Positions 17,508-26,261 of a stretch of DNA of 28,752 bases are shown here, in pieces (the stretch's first letter is position 1; the number at the start of each line of letters is the position of its first letter). The DNA comes from a virus. Taxonomy: Duplodnaviria; Caudoviricetes. Made by a program: the position numbers and the translations under genes. Location of the stretch: positions 1-28,752 of IMG/VR virus record IMGVR_UViG_3300002307_000179; one strand, written 5' to 3'. The notes below the pieces were generated by a model, which was given only the letters and a program-made list of their open reading frames with translations, was not told the DNA's origin and searched no databases.

Positions 17508-18797
17508 CTATGCGGCGCTGTCTTGGAACTGAAGCGAAGACTGGATTTGGCCAACGGTCGCCGTCAGGGGTTGTAGGGCCATGAAGCTGCAAGTCTGAAC
17601 GATACCCGACGTCGCATCGTCGCGAGTGTCAGACGTAATCTTGCAGCGCGGCATGTAGACGCCGAGGACCTGCGTTTCATCCGCCGAGTACATGGCGATT
17701 TGGACCGGGACTTCAGTTTCATTCGCAAATAGCGCGCGAAGGCTTGCGTCTTTCACATAGGCGGTGAGCTGACCCGAAACCTTCGCGCCCTGGCCATAAA
17801 GCACGTCTGGCGAAATACGTGCGGCGACGACCTGCGGCGCCGTAGCCTGGAGATCAACATTGAGCTGAAAGCCCGTCGCGACCGGGATCGTCACGCCGTT
17901 TACGGTCATCAGAGCCTTGACGCCGGTCAGGCCTGCTTTCGTGTTTTGCGCAAGCGATCCGGTGAAATAAGGCGAAGTCGGTGTCGTGGTCGAATTCGCA
18001 TCCGTGTTTGCGCCCGTGCCCGTAAAGGAAAACGTCCCCTCGACATAGGCGTTCGGCGAAACCTTAAGGCCAAGCTTGGTCACGCGGACGTCTTGATAGA
18101 CGATCGAAGTCCCCTGGTCGGTGTGGACGTCTTCGAAGGTGTAGGCGTCCTCAGTGTGGCCGGTCAGCGGAATAAAGGCCTGCTTGCCAACGGGGACCAG
18201 GGTCGCCGTCGTGGATGGCGAGGAAACCGCGGCAAACGGAACGCCATCGATTGGCGCGAGTTGAACTGTGGTCGCAGTGACAGCCACAACGAAAGCCGGA
18301 CGACCGACGTCTGCAGTGGTTGGCCAAACGCCAAATTTCACGACCTGGCCCAGGCGAACACCGTCCGCGTAGTTATTGGCCAACGTGCCGAGGAAGGTTA
18401 CGCCAGAGCCAGCACGGGTCAGGGTCGAAATCCCCGTAGTCCCCGAGGTCGTCAGCGTCCAGCCGTCGCCAGAAGCTGCGGCGAGGCTAGTCGTGCCCGA
18501 CGTCGTCACCGAGGCGAAAGCCTGACGAACGAGGGAACCGAAAAACGCCGAAGAGGCGCCGGGATAGATCTCGGCGACGACATCGCCGGAAACGATGTTT
18601 TGTCCAAAGCCCATGTCGCCATATTGGAAATCTGAACGAATTTCCTTGGATTCGAAGGTATTCTTGGTGTGGTTGATAGTGGTCGAAACCCGGCGAAGAA
18701 CATTGATATTTGAAGCGTTCTGTGCGGCAATCGTTCCGAAGCCGGATTGTTTGGCGAACAGAAGCTGGCGCTTATAGGATTGAGCCAAAACGGACAT
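17508..18797 (-). CDS. Major tail tube protein (429 aa)
   Basis: ESKEIRSD and VSGQLTAY segments; GGAG RBS; position after tail terminator. Confidence 0.88.
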   Translation of the reverse strand: MSVLAQSYKRQLLFAKQSGFGTIAAQNASNINVLRRVSTTINHTKNTFESKEIRSDFQYGDMGFGQNIVSGDVVAEIYPGASSAFFGSLVRQAFASVTTSGTTSLAAASGDGWTLTTSGTTGISTLTRAGSGVTFLGTLANNYADGVRLGQVVKFGVWPTTADVGRPAFVVAVTATTVQLAPIDGVPFAAVSSPSTTATLVPVGKQAFIPLTGHTEDAYTFEDVHTDQGTSIVYQDVRVTKLGLKVSPNAYVEGTFSFTGTGANTDANSTTTPTSPYFTGSLAQNTKAGLTGVKALMTVNGVTIPVATGFQLNVDLQATAPQVVAARISPDVLYGQGAKVSGQLTAYVKDASLRALFANETEVPVQIAMYSADETQVLGVYMPRCKITSDTRDDATSGIVQTCSFMALQPLTATVGQIQSSLQFQDSAA

Positions 18798-18841
18798 GAT
18801 TAAAATCTCCGATTAAATGAATGTTTTCAATAAATTAAAAA

Positions 18842-19270
18842 TCAGGTCGGGACGTCTTCGACTTCAAAATAGACGTCCATCATCCGGCGAATAAAGGGCC
18901 GGTCAGCTGCGCCCATCGCAATATGTGGCAGGCGGTTAATGTAGATATTTGTTGAGCCCTCAATGAGGTTTAAGCCCCGATTGTGAACGGGGAAGAACCA
19001 TCTGCGAAGACCTTCCGCATACGTATCAAGCGCCTTTTGACCGTTGACGTTTTGCGGATAGTAGAGGTCGATTTGATAGATGCCCTTTTGTCGCGAGAAC
19101 ACGCCACGACCAATCGAGATGGTCGCTGGCGGCGCCATGATCAGCGTCGCGCGCATATAGGCCTTTGAGGAATCGGGCTTGTAGTCGTTTCCAGCGAGGA
19201 ACCAGGGCCACGCATTCGGGAATGCGGCCAGGCGCTTGGCGAGGCCCGAGGCGATTTCAGCTTGTTGCAT
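18842..19270 (-). CDS. Tail terminator / tail completion protein (142 aa)
   Basis: GIYQIDLYYP...G motif; size and synteny. Confidence 0.8.
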   Translation of the reverse strand: MQQAEIASGLAKRLAAFPNAWPWFLAGNDYKPDSSKAYMRATLIMAPPATISIGRGVFSRQKGIYQIDLYYPQNVNGQKALDTYAEGLRRWFFPVHNRGLNLIEGSTNIYINRLPHIAMGAADRPFIRRMMDVYFEVEDVPT

Positions 19271-19685
19271 TGATCACGCCCGATCTGACCCTTTTGACCG
19301 AGTCCGTCACAATGTCAGGCCATTGAGCGACCGTAATCCTAAGCATCCCGTCCGGGGCCTTCAGCCTTGACCAGCCGTCGTATTCAATTCGGTTTGCGTA
19401 GGAAAGGTTATTGCGAAGGCTGATCGTGTCGCCGAGTTGATAGTTTTGCAGCATCTGCGCAGCTTGCGTATAGGACGCTTCGCCTTGACTTGATCCGCCT
19501 GTGCGAATTTCCCCGGTCCCGCCGTTAAGCGATGAAATCCAGTTGTTTTTTAACTGGCCCGTGTCTTTGGGCGTCGCCACAATAAGCCGGTCCATGAATT
19601 CCGAATAGGAAACCTGCACCGTCTTCCGAAACGTATCAATCAGGATCGCTTTGACCTGTTCGGGAGGGATGCTCCAACTAGCCAT
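19257..19685 (-). CDS. Neck / tail completion protein, HK97 gp10-like (142 aa)
   Basis: TPKDTGQLKNNW, NNLSYANRIEYDGWS, APDGM motifs. Confidence 0.85.
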   Translation of the reverse strand: MASWSIPPEQVKAILIDTFRKTVQVSYSEFMDRLIVATPKDTGQLKNNWISSLNGGTGEIRTGGSSQGEASYTQAAQMLQNYQLGDTISLRNNLSYANRIEYDGWSRLKAPDGMLRITVAQWPDIVTDSVKRVRSGVINATS

Positions 19686-20952
19686 TCGCAGTTCGCGCCT
19701 GCACGATGTAGAGGCAAATTTTGCCCGCGGCGAGGATCTGCTGAACGCTGATTGCGACGTGCTTTACGGCGTCAATAATGATCACATCGCCCTTGATCGG
19801 GATTTGCTCAAGGTCATTGGCGGCTAGATAAACTTGACGATCGCCCGCATGGATCGTGTCGCCGTTTATCAGATTGTCCGAATAGCCCATAATCACGGCG
19901 GCGGTATTCGGGCTTGTGTAGACGCCCGAAATGGAAGCGGTCGGGTCGTTAGGATCTGGCTGCGTCACCTCGCGAAGGATGACAACAGAGCCTGTGGTGA
20001 ATTTCCGAATGAGGCGCTTTGTAACCCGCGCCATACGATCGTAAATTGTTGCATAGCCGATTGGAACGGATGGCGTGACTGGCGGAATGACGATGGCCGC
20101 GACAATTTGAAGGACGATTGTTCCAGACGTGAATGTCTGAGGCGTGCCCGTCGAACTATCAACGCCGGAGACTGTGAAGCTATAAGTTCCCGCAGTCGTC
20201 GGCGTTCCCGATAGCGCACCCGTGCCCGATAGTGTGATGCCCGGCGGAAGCGATCCAGAAGCCGGGGAGGCATTGAACGTGTAAGGCGGTTGACCGCCGC
20301 CGGAGGCAACAAGCGTATTCGTGTAAGCTGCGCCAGTCGTTCCAGGCGTCAGCGTGGCCGCAGCGACGATAATCGGGTCCGTCGCCACGGTAACCGCAAC
20401 GGTCGCCGCCGACGAGGTTCCTGACGCATTTGTCGCGGTATATTGGAAGCTGTCCGACCCTACATAGGCCGCGTTCGGCGTGTAGGTGATCGACGTCCCA
20501 TTGACTGTAGCAGTTCCGTGCGTCGGGTTTGAGGTAATCGCAAGAGACGTGGGTGCGTCACCAGATAGCGAAAGCCCGACCGCAGTTCCTGACGAATTCT
20601 CGGCAACCGTGACAGATGAGTTTGCCGCCACCGGAGCCGCGATATAGCGAAACCCACCGCTAAGCGTGGTCGATCCGCTGATGATCGTGACCTTGACGTC
20701 AGCCGCGCCAGATCCTGCGGGCGTGGTAAACGTGACAAGGCTATTCGAGCGCGCGACAAGATTGGTTGCAGGCTGACCGCCAACCGTAACCGCAATGACG
20801 CCGTTAAGATTGTTTCCCGACAGAGAAACATTCGTCCCGCCTGACGAGGGGCCAGTGATGGGCGTGATGTTCGAAATCGTCGGTGCAAATGCCACGACCA
20901 TTTGAACGTAATCGTCAAGCGGCGCTGAAGCGTTCGGGATAAAGGCCGACAT
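19678..20952 (-). CDS. Head-closure (stopper) protein with three N-terminal Ig-like domains (424 aa)
   Basis: IPT/TIG (PTISNITPITGPSSGGTNV), cadherin-like Ig (HGTATVNGTSITYTP...DSFQY), He_PIG-like (SGSLPPGITLSGTGALSGTPT), then ~120-aa stopper-like domain (YDRM...INGDTIHAGDRQVY); lies between adaptor and neck genes. Confidence 0.82.
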   Translation of the reverse strand: MSAFIPNASAPLDDYVQMVVAFAPTISNITPITGPSSGGTNVSLSGNNLNGVIAVTVGGQPATNLVARSNSLVTFTTPAGSGAADVKVTIISGSTTLSGGFRYIAAPVAANSSVTVAENSSGTAVGLSLSGDAPTSLAITSNPTHGTATVNGTSITYTPNAAYVGSDSFQYTATNASGTSSAATVAVTVATDPIIVAAATLTPGTTGAAYTNTLVASGGGQPPYTFNASPASGSLPPGITLSGTGALSGTPTTAGTYSFTVSGVDSSTGTPQTFTSGTIVLQIVAAIVIPPVTPSVPIGYATIYDRMARVTKRLIRKFTTGSVVILREVTQPDPNDPTASISGVYTSPNTAAVIMGYSDNLINGDTIHAGDRQVYLAANDLEQIPIKGDVIIIDAVKHVAISVQQILAAGKICLYIVQARTANG

Positions 20953-21572
20953 CAGCCGCGCCGAGACTGACTGACGAGGGCGTTAGCTGAGCCCGAATCG
21001 CTGGGCGCGTTGGTCACATAGTCCCGCAAGAATCTGACTACAGGCGTCGGAAGATAATCGGGATATGTGTTGGAGAAATACTCGACCTTGATTGGACCAA
21101 CCTGTTCACTTTTGGTCGTAGAATTATCCCGCCCGACTTCACGATCCTCGATCAGGAGGTATCGGCAAAGTTCACACGTCGCCAGCTTGACATTTAGCGG
21201 GACGATATTCGGCTCGACTAGCATGAACGACGGATAGGTCGTATTCTCATAGCCGAGAACCGGGTTAACGGTCAGGTCGAGCTGATAGTTGAGTACAACG
21301 CCCTGGCGCGGCCATTGGAGCCGCTGAAGGTGCGTGATCGGCGCGCCCTTCCACACGACGGATGTGTTGATAAGCCGTGTCGCCATGACTAGGGCTTGTT
21401 GCTTTTGCGACGTGCTCGCCGCGGCCCATAGTTGGCCATAGAGGTGCAGCGTGTAATGCGCGTCACCCTCGGCGACGCTTGCGTAAGAATTTGCGCCGTC
21501 AACGATTGAGCCATCTTCGACGACGAAGTTCGCCGCAATATCTGTTGGCGTGTGGGTCAGCGATGACGGCAT
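20952..21572 (-). CDS. Head-tail adaptor ('DnaT-like' phage family, 206 aa)
   Basis: VVEDG...ANSYASVAE, LQWPR, SEQVGPIKVEY motifs. Confidence 0.85.
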   Translation of the reverse strand: MPSSLTHTPTDIAANFVVEDGSIVDGANSYASVAEGDAHYTLHLYGQLWAAASTSQKQQALVMATRLINTSVVWKGAPITHLQRLQWPRQGVVLNYQLDLTVNPVLGYENTTYPSFMLVEPNIVPLNVKLATCELCRYLLIEDREVGRDNSTTKSEQVGPIKVEYFSNTYPDYLPTPVVRFLRDYVTNAPSDSGSANALVSQSRRG

Positions 21573-21593
21573 AGCCTGGCCCCTTCAGGCTGA

Positions 21594-22010
21594 TTATTTC
21601 TTGCCCTTGGGCGCGTCTTCGGTGACGGTTTCGCTAGGCAAAGCAAATTCCGTCGCCGACAGCGTTTCAGAGGCCTTCAGGACCGGCGTCGGCGCGGTCT
21701 GGCCAAGTACCGCCCCGCTTGCGTCCATATCCACAAACTCGACTTCGGACCCGCCAAACGTTTTGCGGTAATAGTCCGAGCGGAAGCATCGCACGATGAA
21801 TTCGCGTTTTGAGGCGCCGACAAAAACGATGCGATGAGCGAACTCAATCGACATTTCGTCAAACCAGTGAGAATCCACGATTTGAACGCGGTCGCCTTCT
21901 GCCCGAAGCTTGGATGCGAGCTGCAAGCACTTTGCGGGCTCGTCGGTGAAAAGGATGATCACCTTTGGACCGTTTGAGCTAACCGAGGGGATGCCTTCTA
22001 GGAAGTCCAT
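21594..22010 (-). CDS. Hypothetical alpha/beta protein with P/T/S/E-rich tail (~138 aa)
   Basis: TGATG overlap with glycosyltransferase stop; alternating strand/helix pattern. Confidence 0.78.
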   Translation of the reverse strand: MDFLEGIPSVSSNGPKVIILFTDEPAKCLQLASKLRAEGDRVQIVDSHWFDEMSIEFAHRIVFVGASKREFIVRCFRSDYYRKTFGGSEVEFVDMDASGAVLGQTAPTPVLKASETLSATEFALPSETVTEDAPKGKK

Positions 22011-22852
22011 CAAATTTTTCCTTGCTTCATCAGGAAATCAAAGGGCGCACCCTCGCTGATTTCTGAAAGTGTCCATTGTGAATAAGAAAGCCGCCGGATC
22101 AGATCGTTCACCATTTCCCGCGGAGGCGGGCGGACCCGCGAAAGATCCACGTCAAACGTGTAGGCGAGGCTTTGATAATGGCAAGGCTTGGCGATGACGA
22201 CCGGAAGGCCCATCAAAAGCGCATCAAGCCCGGCATTGGAATTGATTGAACAGACGATGTCGTAGAACGACAACACTTCACGAATGTCGCCATCAGCCGA
22301 CAATGGAAGGTTTGGCCGAATGCCTCTTTCCAAAGGATGCGGGCGGAAATGCACGTCACGAATTCCGCAAACGCGCAACGCCCTCGCAAAGCCCTCATAG
22401 GCCTGAACCAATTCCTGAGCGCTAAGCCGATGGCTTGCGTCAAACTCAACCTGACCGCAGATCAGAGCGCGGCGGATTGGGCCTGTTCTCGGTTCGGATG
22501 ATTGAGCCTTGAGCCGAGCCGCCCTAAGCCCATCGTGGCCGACATCGGCGATCTTACCGAGCCCACCGACTCCGACATAAAGGTAGCCGTCCGCCAAATC
22601 TGCGGCGGTATGGGCGCGGTCGATAAAGCCCAAATCGATCAAAACGACTGGAGATCCGATATTGGCGTAGTGGTCGAGAATGTCTCTCCCCCATGCCCTT
22701 ACGCCATAAATGACGACAAGCTCTGCATCATCATTCGCTCGCCAATCGAGATGGTTGACAGAGCGGGTCGTGAATCCGAGCCGTTGCAAACCCTTCTTGC
22801 AGGACCGCAACGGCTCGTCTTCAACGCGCCCAATGATGAGGGCGTCCGACAT
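22010..22852 (-). CDS. Glycosyltransferase related to capsule synthesis proteins KpsC/KpsS (280 aa)
   Basis: GQVEFDAS (QxxxD), FRPHP, INSNAGLDALLMGLPV, LSYSQWT motifs. Confidence 0.8.
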   Translation of the reverse strand: MSDALIIGRVEDEPLRSCKKGLQRLGFTTRSVNHLDWRANDDAELVVIYGVRAWGRDILDHYANIGSPVVLIDLGFIDRAHTAADLADGYLYVGVGGLGKIADVGHDGLRAARLKAQSSEPRTGPIRRALICGQVEFDASHRLSAQELVQAYEGFARALRVCGIRDVHFRPHPLERGIRPNLPLSADGDIREVLSFYDIVCSINSNAGLDALLMGLPVVIAKPCHYQSLAYTFDVDLSRVRPPPREMVNDLIRRLSYSQWTLSEISEGAPFDFLMKQGKI

Positions 22853-23868
22853 TACTTGGACAGGATCGTAAAGCCCGCGCGGAGCTTGACGTTAGAAAGC
22901 GCCGTGTCCCAATTGGTGGACGTCGCAAGAGCCGCTTCGGTCGGGTTAATACCCGTCGCAACGTGCCATGCGAAACCACGAACCGAGAGGTTATGAGCGC
23001 CTTCGCCCTGCATTTGCAGAACGAGGTTTTCAAGACCAAGCTTCGGGAGCACGATCATTTGATCGCGTTCCGAAACCGTCACCTCAACCGCATTTTGAAC
23101 AAGCCCGAGCGTGTAATAGGTATTGTAGGCGGTCGAGCCCGAACCGTTCGAAGCTACCAGCGCGGGCGAGTCGATGACCAGAACCGGAATTCCGTAGGTT
23201 GCGGGCATACCCTGGAACAGGTTGTAATCCGCAACGCCGGGAATCTTGTTCGTGACCTGATCGCCGACCAGATCACGAAAAGGCTTCGAGTGCATAACAA
23301 GGCAGACGATGCGCTGCGAGAAATCGCCCATAAGGGCAAGGCCCTTGTTGAGCGAAACCGAATTCATCGCCTGCGTTGAGACGTCACCGGTCGGAATGGT
23401 GTAGAGCGACGCCGTTTGACCCGCCAGAGCCGCACGGGCGACCTTGATCGCCTGATTGACCTGCTGCTTCAGGCGTCCAACAATGAACGCCTGACCAATT
23501 TTGTAGCTGATTTCCTGATAGTCGCCTTTGACGGACGGGTCGAAGTTCTTCTGGAACTGACCGAGCGTCGGCGCCATGAACACCTTGGTATTGAACTTCA
23601 CCGAGCGCTCATTCGCTTCCGTCAGGTAAGCCGTATCGGTGGAAGTGATCGCCGTCGCCGCCGTAATGTCTCGGCGGGTAAAAGCGTCTTCCAGCGTGTT
23701 ATAGCTGATCTTGTCGGCATAATGGCCAACGAGGGGAACGTTCTGCAGGACCAGAGCACCCATAGATGCCTGGTTGAAAGCTGCGAGGTTTTGCGTCGCG
23801 CCCTGAATCAGACCCGTGTGGAAATACTGGTCATTGAGGACGAAATCCGTGTAATTGCCAGAAGACAT
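22852..23868 (-). CDS. Major capsid protein (338 aa)
   Basis: Follows scaffold; LVMHS, GIPVLVIDSPAL, YTLGL, VRGFAW...NPT...TNW motifs of HK97-fold capsids. Confidence 0.9.
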   Translation of the reverse strand: MSSGNYTDFVLNDQYFHTGLIQGATQNLAAFNQASMGALVLQNVPLVGHYADKISYNTLEDAFTRRDITAATAITSTDTAYLTEANERSVKFNTKVFMAPTLGQFQKNFDPSVKGDYQEISYKIGQAFIVGRLKQQVNQAIKVARAALAGQTASLYTIPTGDVSTQAMNSVSLNKGLALMGDFSQRIVCLVMHSKPFRDLVGDQVTNKIPGVADYNLFQGMPATYGIPVLVIDSPALVASNGSGSTAYNTYYTLGLVQNAVEVTVSERDQMIVLPKLGLENLVLQMQGEGAHNLSVRGFAWHVATGINPTEAALATSTNWDTALSNVKLRAGFTILSK

Positions 23869-23875
23869 TGAAATA

Positions 23876-23976
23876 CCCTTTCAAATGTTGATTTTGCCCA
23901 AAACGGGCTAATGATTGGATTTGAAAATATTCAGTCCAAGCACCGCTTGGCGAAATCAATTGAAGGGCACCGCCCT
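23876..23976 (-). promoter_or_regulatory. Structured mRNA leader of major capsid gene
   Basis: Long-range CCCTTCAATTGATTT / AAATCAA-CAT-TTGAAAGGG pairing covering the RBS, internal hairpins, two GCGGTGC hairpins. Confidence 0.6.
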
Positions 23977-24772
23977 ATCTTTTATGAGAGGCCTTCAACA
24001 ATTGTTCATAGGCGCTTTCGCTGCCATGCTTTGCGTTGTAGGCTTTGATTTCTTGGAACGTCCATTGATGAGGCGGCTTGCTCGGCGGCGGATCACCTGA
24101 ACTGCGATTTTCGCTTGCTCCTGAACCGCCCTGTCCGTTGAATTGTGAGTTGAAAAAGACGGGAGCCTCTTTGCGATGCTGAGATAGAAGATCGTCGATC
24201 GTCAGCGGGTCGAACGTTTCCGGGTTCAGCCGTTGGGCGCCGTTAGCGTCAACCAGCTTCGCAACTACCTTGTCGCCATGCCATTCGAAGCTGATCTCCG
24301 ATTGAAGCTGACCGGCGAGGTATCGCATTCCAAGTTCATTGACGCCCGCCTTGGACAGCGCCGAATTGATCAGGTTTTCCCGAGCGATATTTTCAGCGGC
24401 TTGGCGATATTTGGTTTTCTCCGCAGATTCCGCGGCAAGCTTGCCATCGTAAACCCGCGTGATGTCGCCCTTGATGCGATCGATCTCCAATCCCTTGGTC
24501 TGGTCAAACTCCATCAGTTGCTGTTCGCGCTCTAAAAGGTTTCGATACTTTTCAGGATCTACGCCCTTCACGGCATCCAGCGCCGTTCGTGCTTTCTTGA
24601 CCTCTTCGGCAAGGGCAGCACGTTCCGCCTTTGCGTTCTTCATCGAGTTCCGTAGCGGCTCAATGTTGGTCAGCTTGAAAACCCCGTCCTCGCCCGGTTC
24701 GTAAAACTGGCGCACGGGTTCGGCCACCTCGTCCAGATTGGGCAAGGTGTCAGGTAGTGAAATGGTAGCCAT
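23975..24772 (-). CDS. Capsid scaffolding protein (265 aa)
   Basis: Coiled coil, GGSGA linker, short C-terminal helical domain; upstream of capsid gene. Confidence 0.85.
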   Translation of the reverse strand: MATISLPDTLPNLDEVAEPVRQFYEPGEDGVFKLTNIEPLRNSMKNAKAERAALAEEVKKARTALDAVKGVDPEKYRNLLEREQQLMEFDQTKGLEIDRIKGDITRVYDGKLAAESAEKTKYRQAAENIARENLINSALSKAGVNELGMRYLAGQLQSEISFEWHGDKVVAKLVDANGAQRLNPETFDPLTIDDLLSQHRKEAPVFFNSQFNGQGGSGASENRSSGDPPPSKPPHQWTFQEIKAYNAKHGSESAYEQLLKASHKR

Positions 24773-24793
24773 GGTGCGAAAACCTTTCGCGGG

Positions 24794-25837
24794 TTAGGAC
24801 CCTAGCTCCGCCAGGGTCAAAGGACGGTCGGACTGATCGACCAGCTCGCGCACGGTGATTTTTCCAGCGCGGAACAACTTCGCCCTACCAGGGCCAAGCA
24901 CGTCGTCTTGTTCCTCGTCCGAAAGGGAATCGAGGAAACGCTTAGGGTTAAGCCGTTGCTTTGCGGCTTGTGTGGAAAGGCCGGGAATCAGGATTGATCG
25001 GCAATTCGGATGAAGCGGCGGCGCGGCGAACGGGAAATCGTGGCCAAGCGGCTCTTTGGTTTCCGCGTCCCAAGAAAGCCCGGCGCGCGCTAGGCAAATA
25101 TAACTAGTTCGGCTGTCCAAAACGGATGCGTGGGTCAGGATCGGAAACGTCTGCTTGTTTGCGTTCGCAATCGCAAGAATGGCGTTTTGTTGGCCACCGT
25201 GAATGGCCGTTTCGATCGTGGATTCTGCCGAGTTCACAAACCGATTGATTACGCCTGCGGTGTCGCCTTTGCCGTTGATCCGGTCAACCAGTTGGTTGAT
25301 GGTTTCCCCTGCCACCTGACCCAAACGCATCTCGCGCGTGAAAATCGCGACTAGCTGCTGTTCCTGTTGCGCCCAAAGGTCGGCAATTTCCAATCCGCCT
25401 GCAACGGGCTCTGCGAGCACGTCAGCGGTTTCAGCGGAGCTTGGTGCATCAATCGCAAGATCAAGGCCCAGGCCGTCACCGACGCTCGCCAGCGATTTCT
25501 TGACCGCCTTAAGTTCGGCTGCGACTACGTCGGTGATTTGGCCGCTCGATAGTTCCTCGATTTCTGAATACGTCTCTTTGACGTCCGCCGCGACCTCTTG
25601 AACTAGCTTTGCGAGCCTTGCCCGCCTGGCTGCAAGTCGCGTCACGCCGTTGATGTCTGCCGCAGCAATCTGGGCCGCAATCGCATCCTGAAGCTTGATC
25701 AACTTTTCGCGGATCTGCGCAGCGATACCAGCCGCTAGGCGTGCGCCGATCAGTGTCCGCCGTGTCAGTTCATGAGCCGTATCGACAAAAAATGAACCCG
25801 CATCTTCGGGATCAATCGGCGGAATGTCGTCAGCCAT
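24794..25837 (-). CDS. Minor head morphogenesis protein (SPP1 gp7 / Mu gpF-like, 347 aa)
   Basis: SVLDSRTSYIC and PPLHPNCRS motifs; QDDVLGPGRAKLFRAG tail. Confidence 0.9.
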   Translation of the reverse strand: MADDIPPIDPEDAGSFFVDTAHELTRRTLIGARLAAGIAAQIREKLIKLQDAIAAQIAAADINGVTRLAARRARLAKLVQEVAADVKETYSEIEELSSGQITDVVAAELKAVKKSLASVGDGLGLDLAIDAPSSAETADVLAEPVAGGLEIADLWAQQEQQLVAIFTREMRLGQVAGETINQLVDRINGKGDTAGVINRFVNSAESTIETAIHGGQQNAILAIANANKQTFPILTHASVLDSRTSYICLARAGLSWDAETKEPLGHDFPFAAPPLHPNCRSILIPGLSTQAAKQRLNPKRFLDSLSDEEQDDVLGPGRAKLFRAGKITVRELVDQSDRPLTLAELGS

Positions 25838-26261
25838 CGGACAATACTAACCAATCAACGTCCGAGCCCGTGTAGACATCAAGGCGGCTTGCGATTTTAA
25901 CCGCCTTCACGGCGCCCGCATTCATGCCCATAGCACCAAGCGCAACAAGCTTTCCTGATCCAACCGCGTAAAATGGCGAGGACATCTCAAAGCCTTTTCC
26001 GCTCTCGAAGATGATCAGCTTTCCGTCTGCTACAATGAAACATTCGAAAACTGTTTCTTTATCGTCAGGCGTCGGAGGATCGCCTTCGCAGCCACCTGTG
26101 ACCCAATCTAAAAAAGCTGCAATCCAGATGCATTCGCCCGCAGCGCCCGCGAGAATTTTTCCGCGTTTGACGATCTTGGTCATTTGCCCTTCAGCAATTT
26201 GACCCGAACTAACTCGTCGATCTGCGGCAATGATCCCGTTGCGATATGCGACCGTTGTCAC
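25830..26261 (-). CDS. HslV/proteasome-beta-like Ntn hydrolase (143 aa)
   Basis: N-terminal (M)TTVAY...IAADRR, TKI, AGAAG, AVGSG, ALGAM; GTGA overlap with portal stop. Confidence 0.85.
   Translation of the reverse strand: MTTVAYRNGIIAADRRVSSGQIAEGQMTKIVKRGKILAGAAGECIWIAAFLDWVTGGCEGDPPTPDDKETVFECFIVADGKLIIFESGKGFEMSSPFYAVGSGKLVALGAMGMNAGAVKAVKIASRLDVYTGSDVDWLVLSDG

Noticed and set aside
18798-18841. CtrA box or late promoter in AT-rich spacers (also 8982-9033, 5764-5783)
   Set aside because: TTAA pairs are spaced 9 or 13 nt rather than 7; no convincing shared motif.
20952-21572. DnaT replication protein
   Set aside because: The 'DnaT-like' label is attached to this family, but its position between capsid and head-closure genes indicates a head-tail adaptor.
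22850-22897. Capsid-glycosyltransferase fusion by -1 frameshift
   Set aside because: The -1 frame is open for only about 14 codons upstream and lacks an X XXY YYZ heptamer; TAATG coupling explains it.
23869-23977. Scaffold-capsid fusion by TAG read-through
   Set aside because: Spacer is 106 nt, so the frames differ; no slippery site evident.
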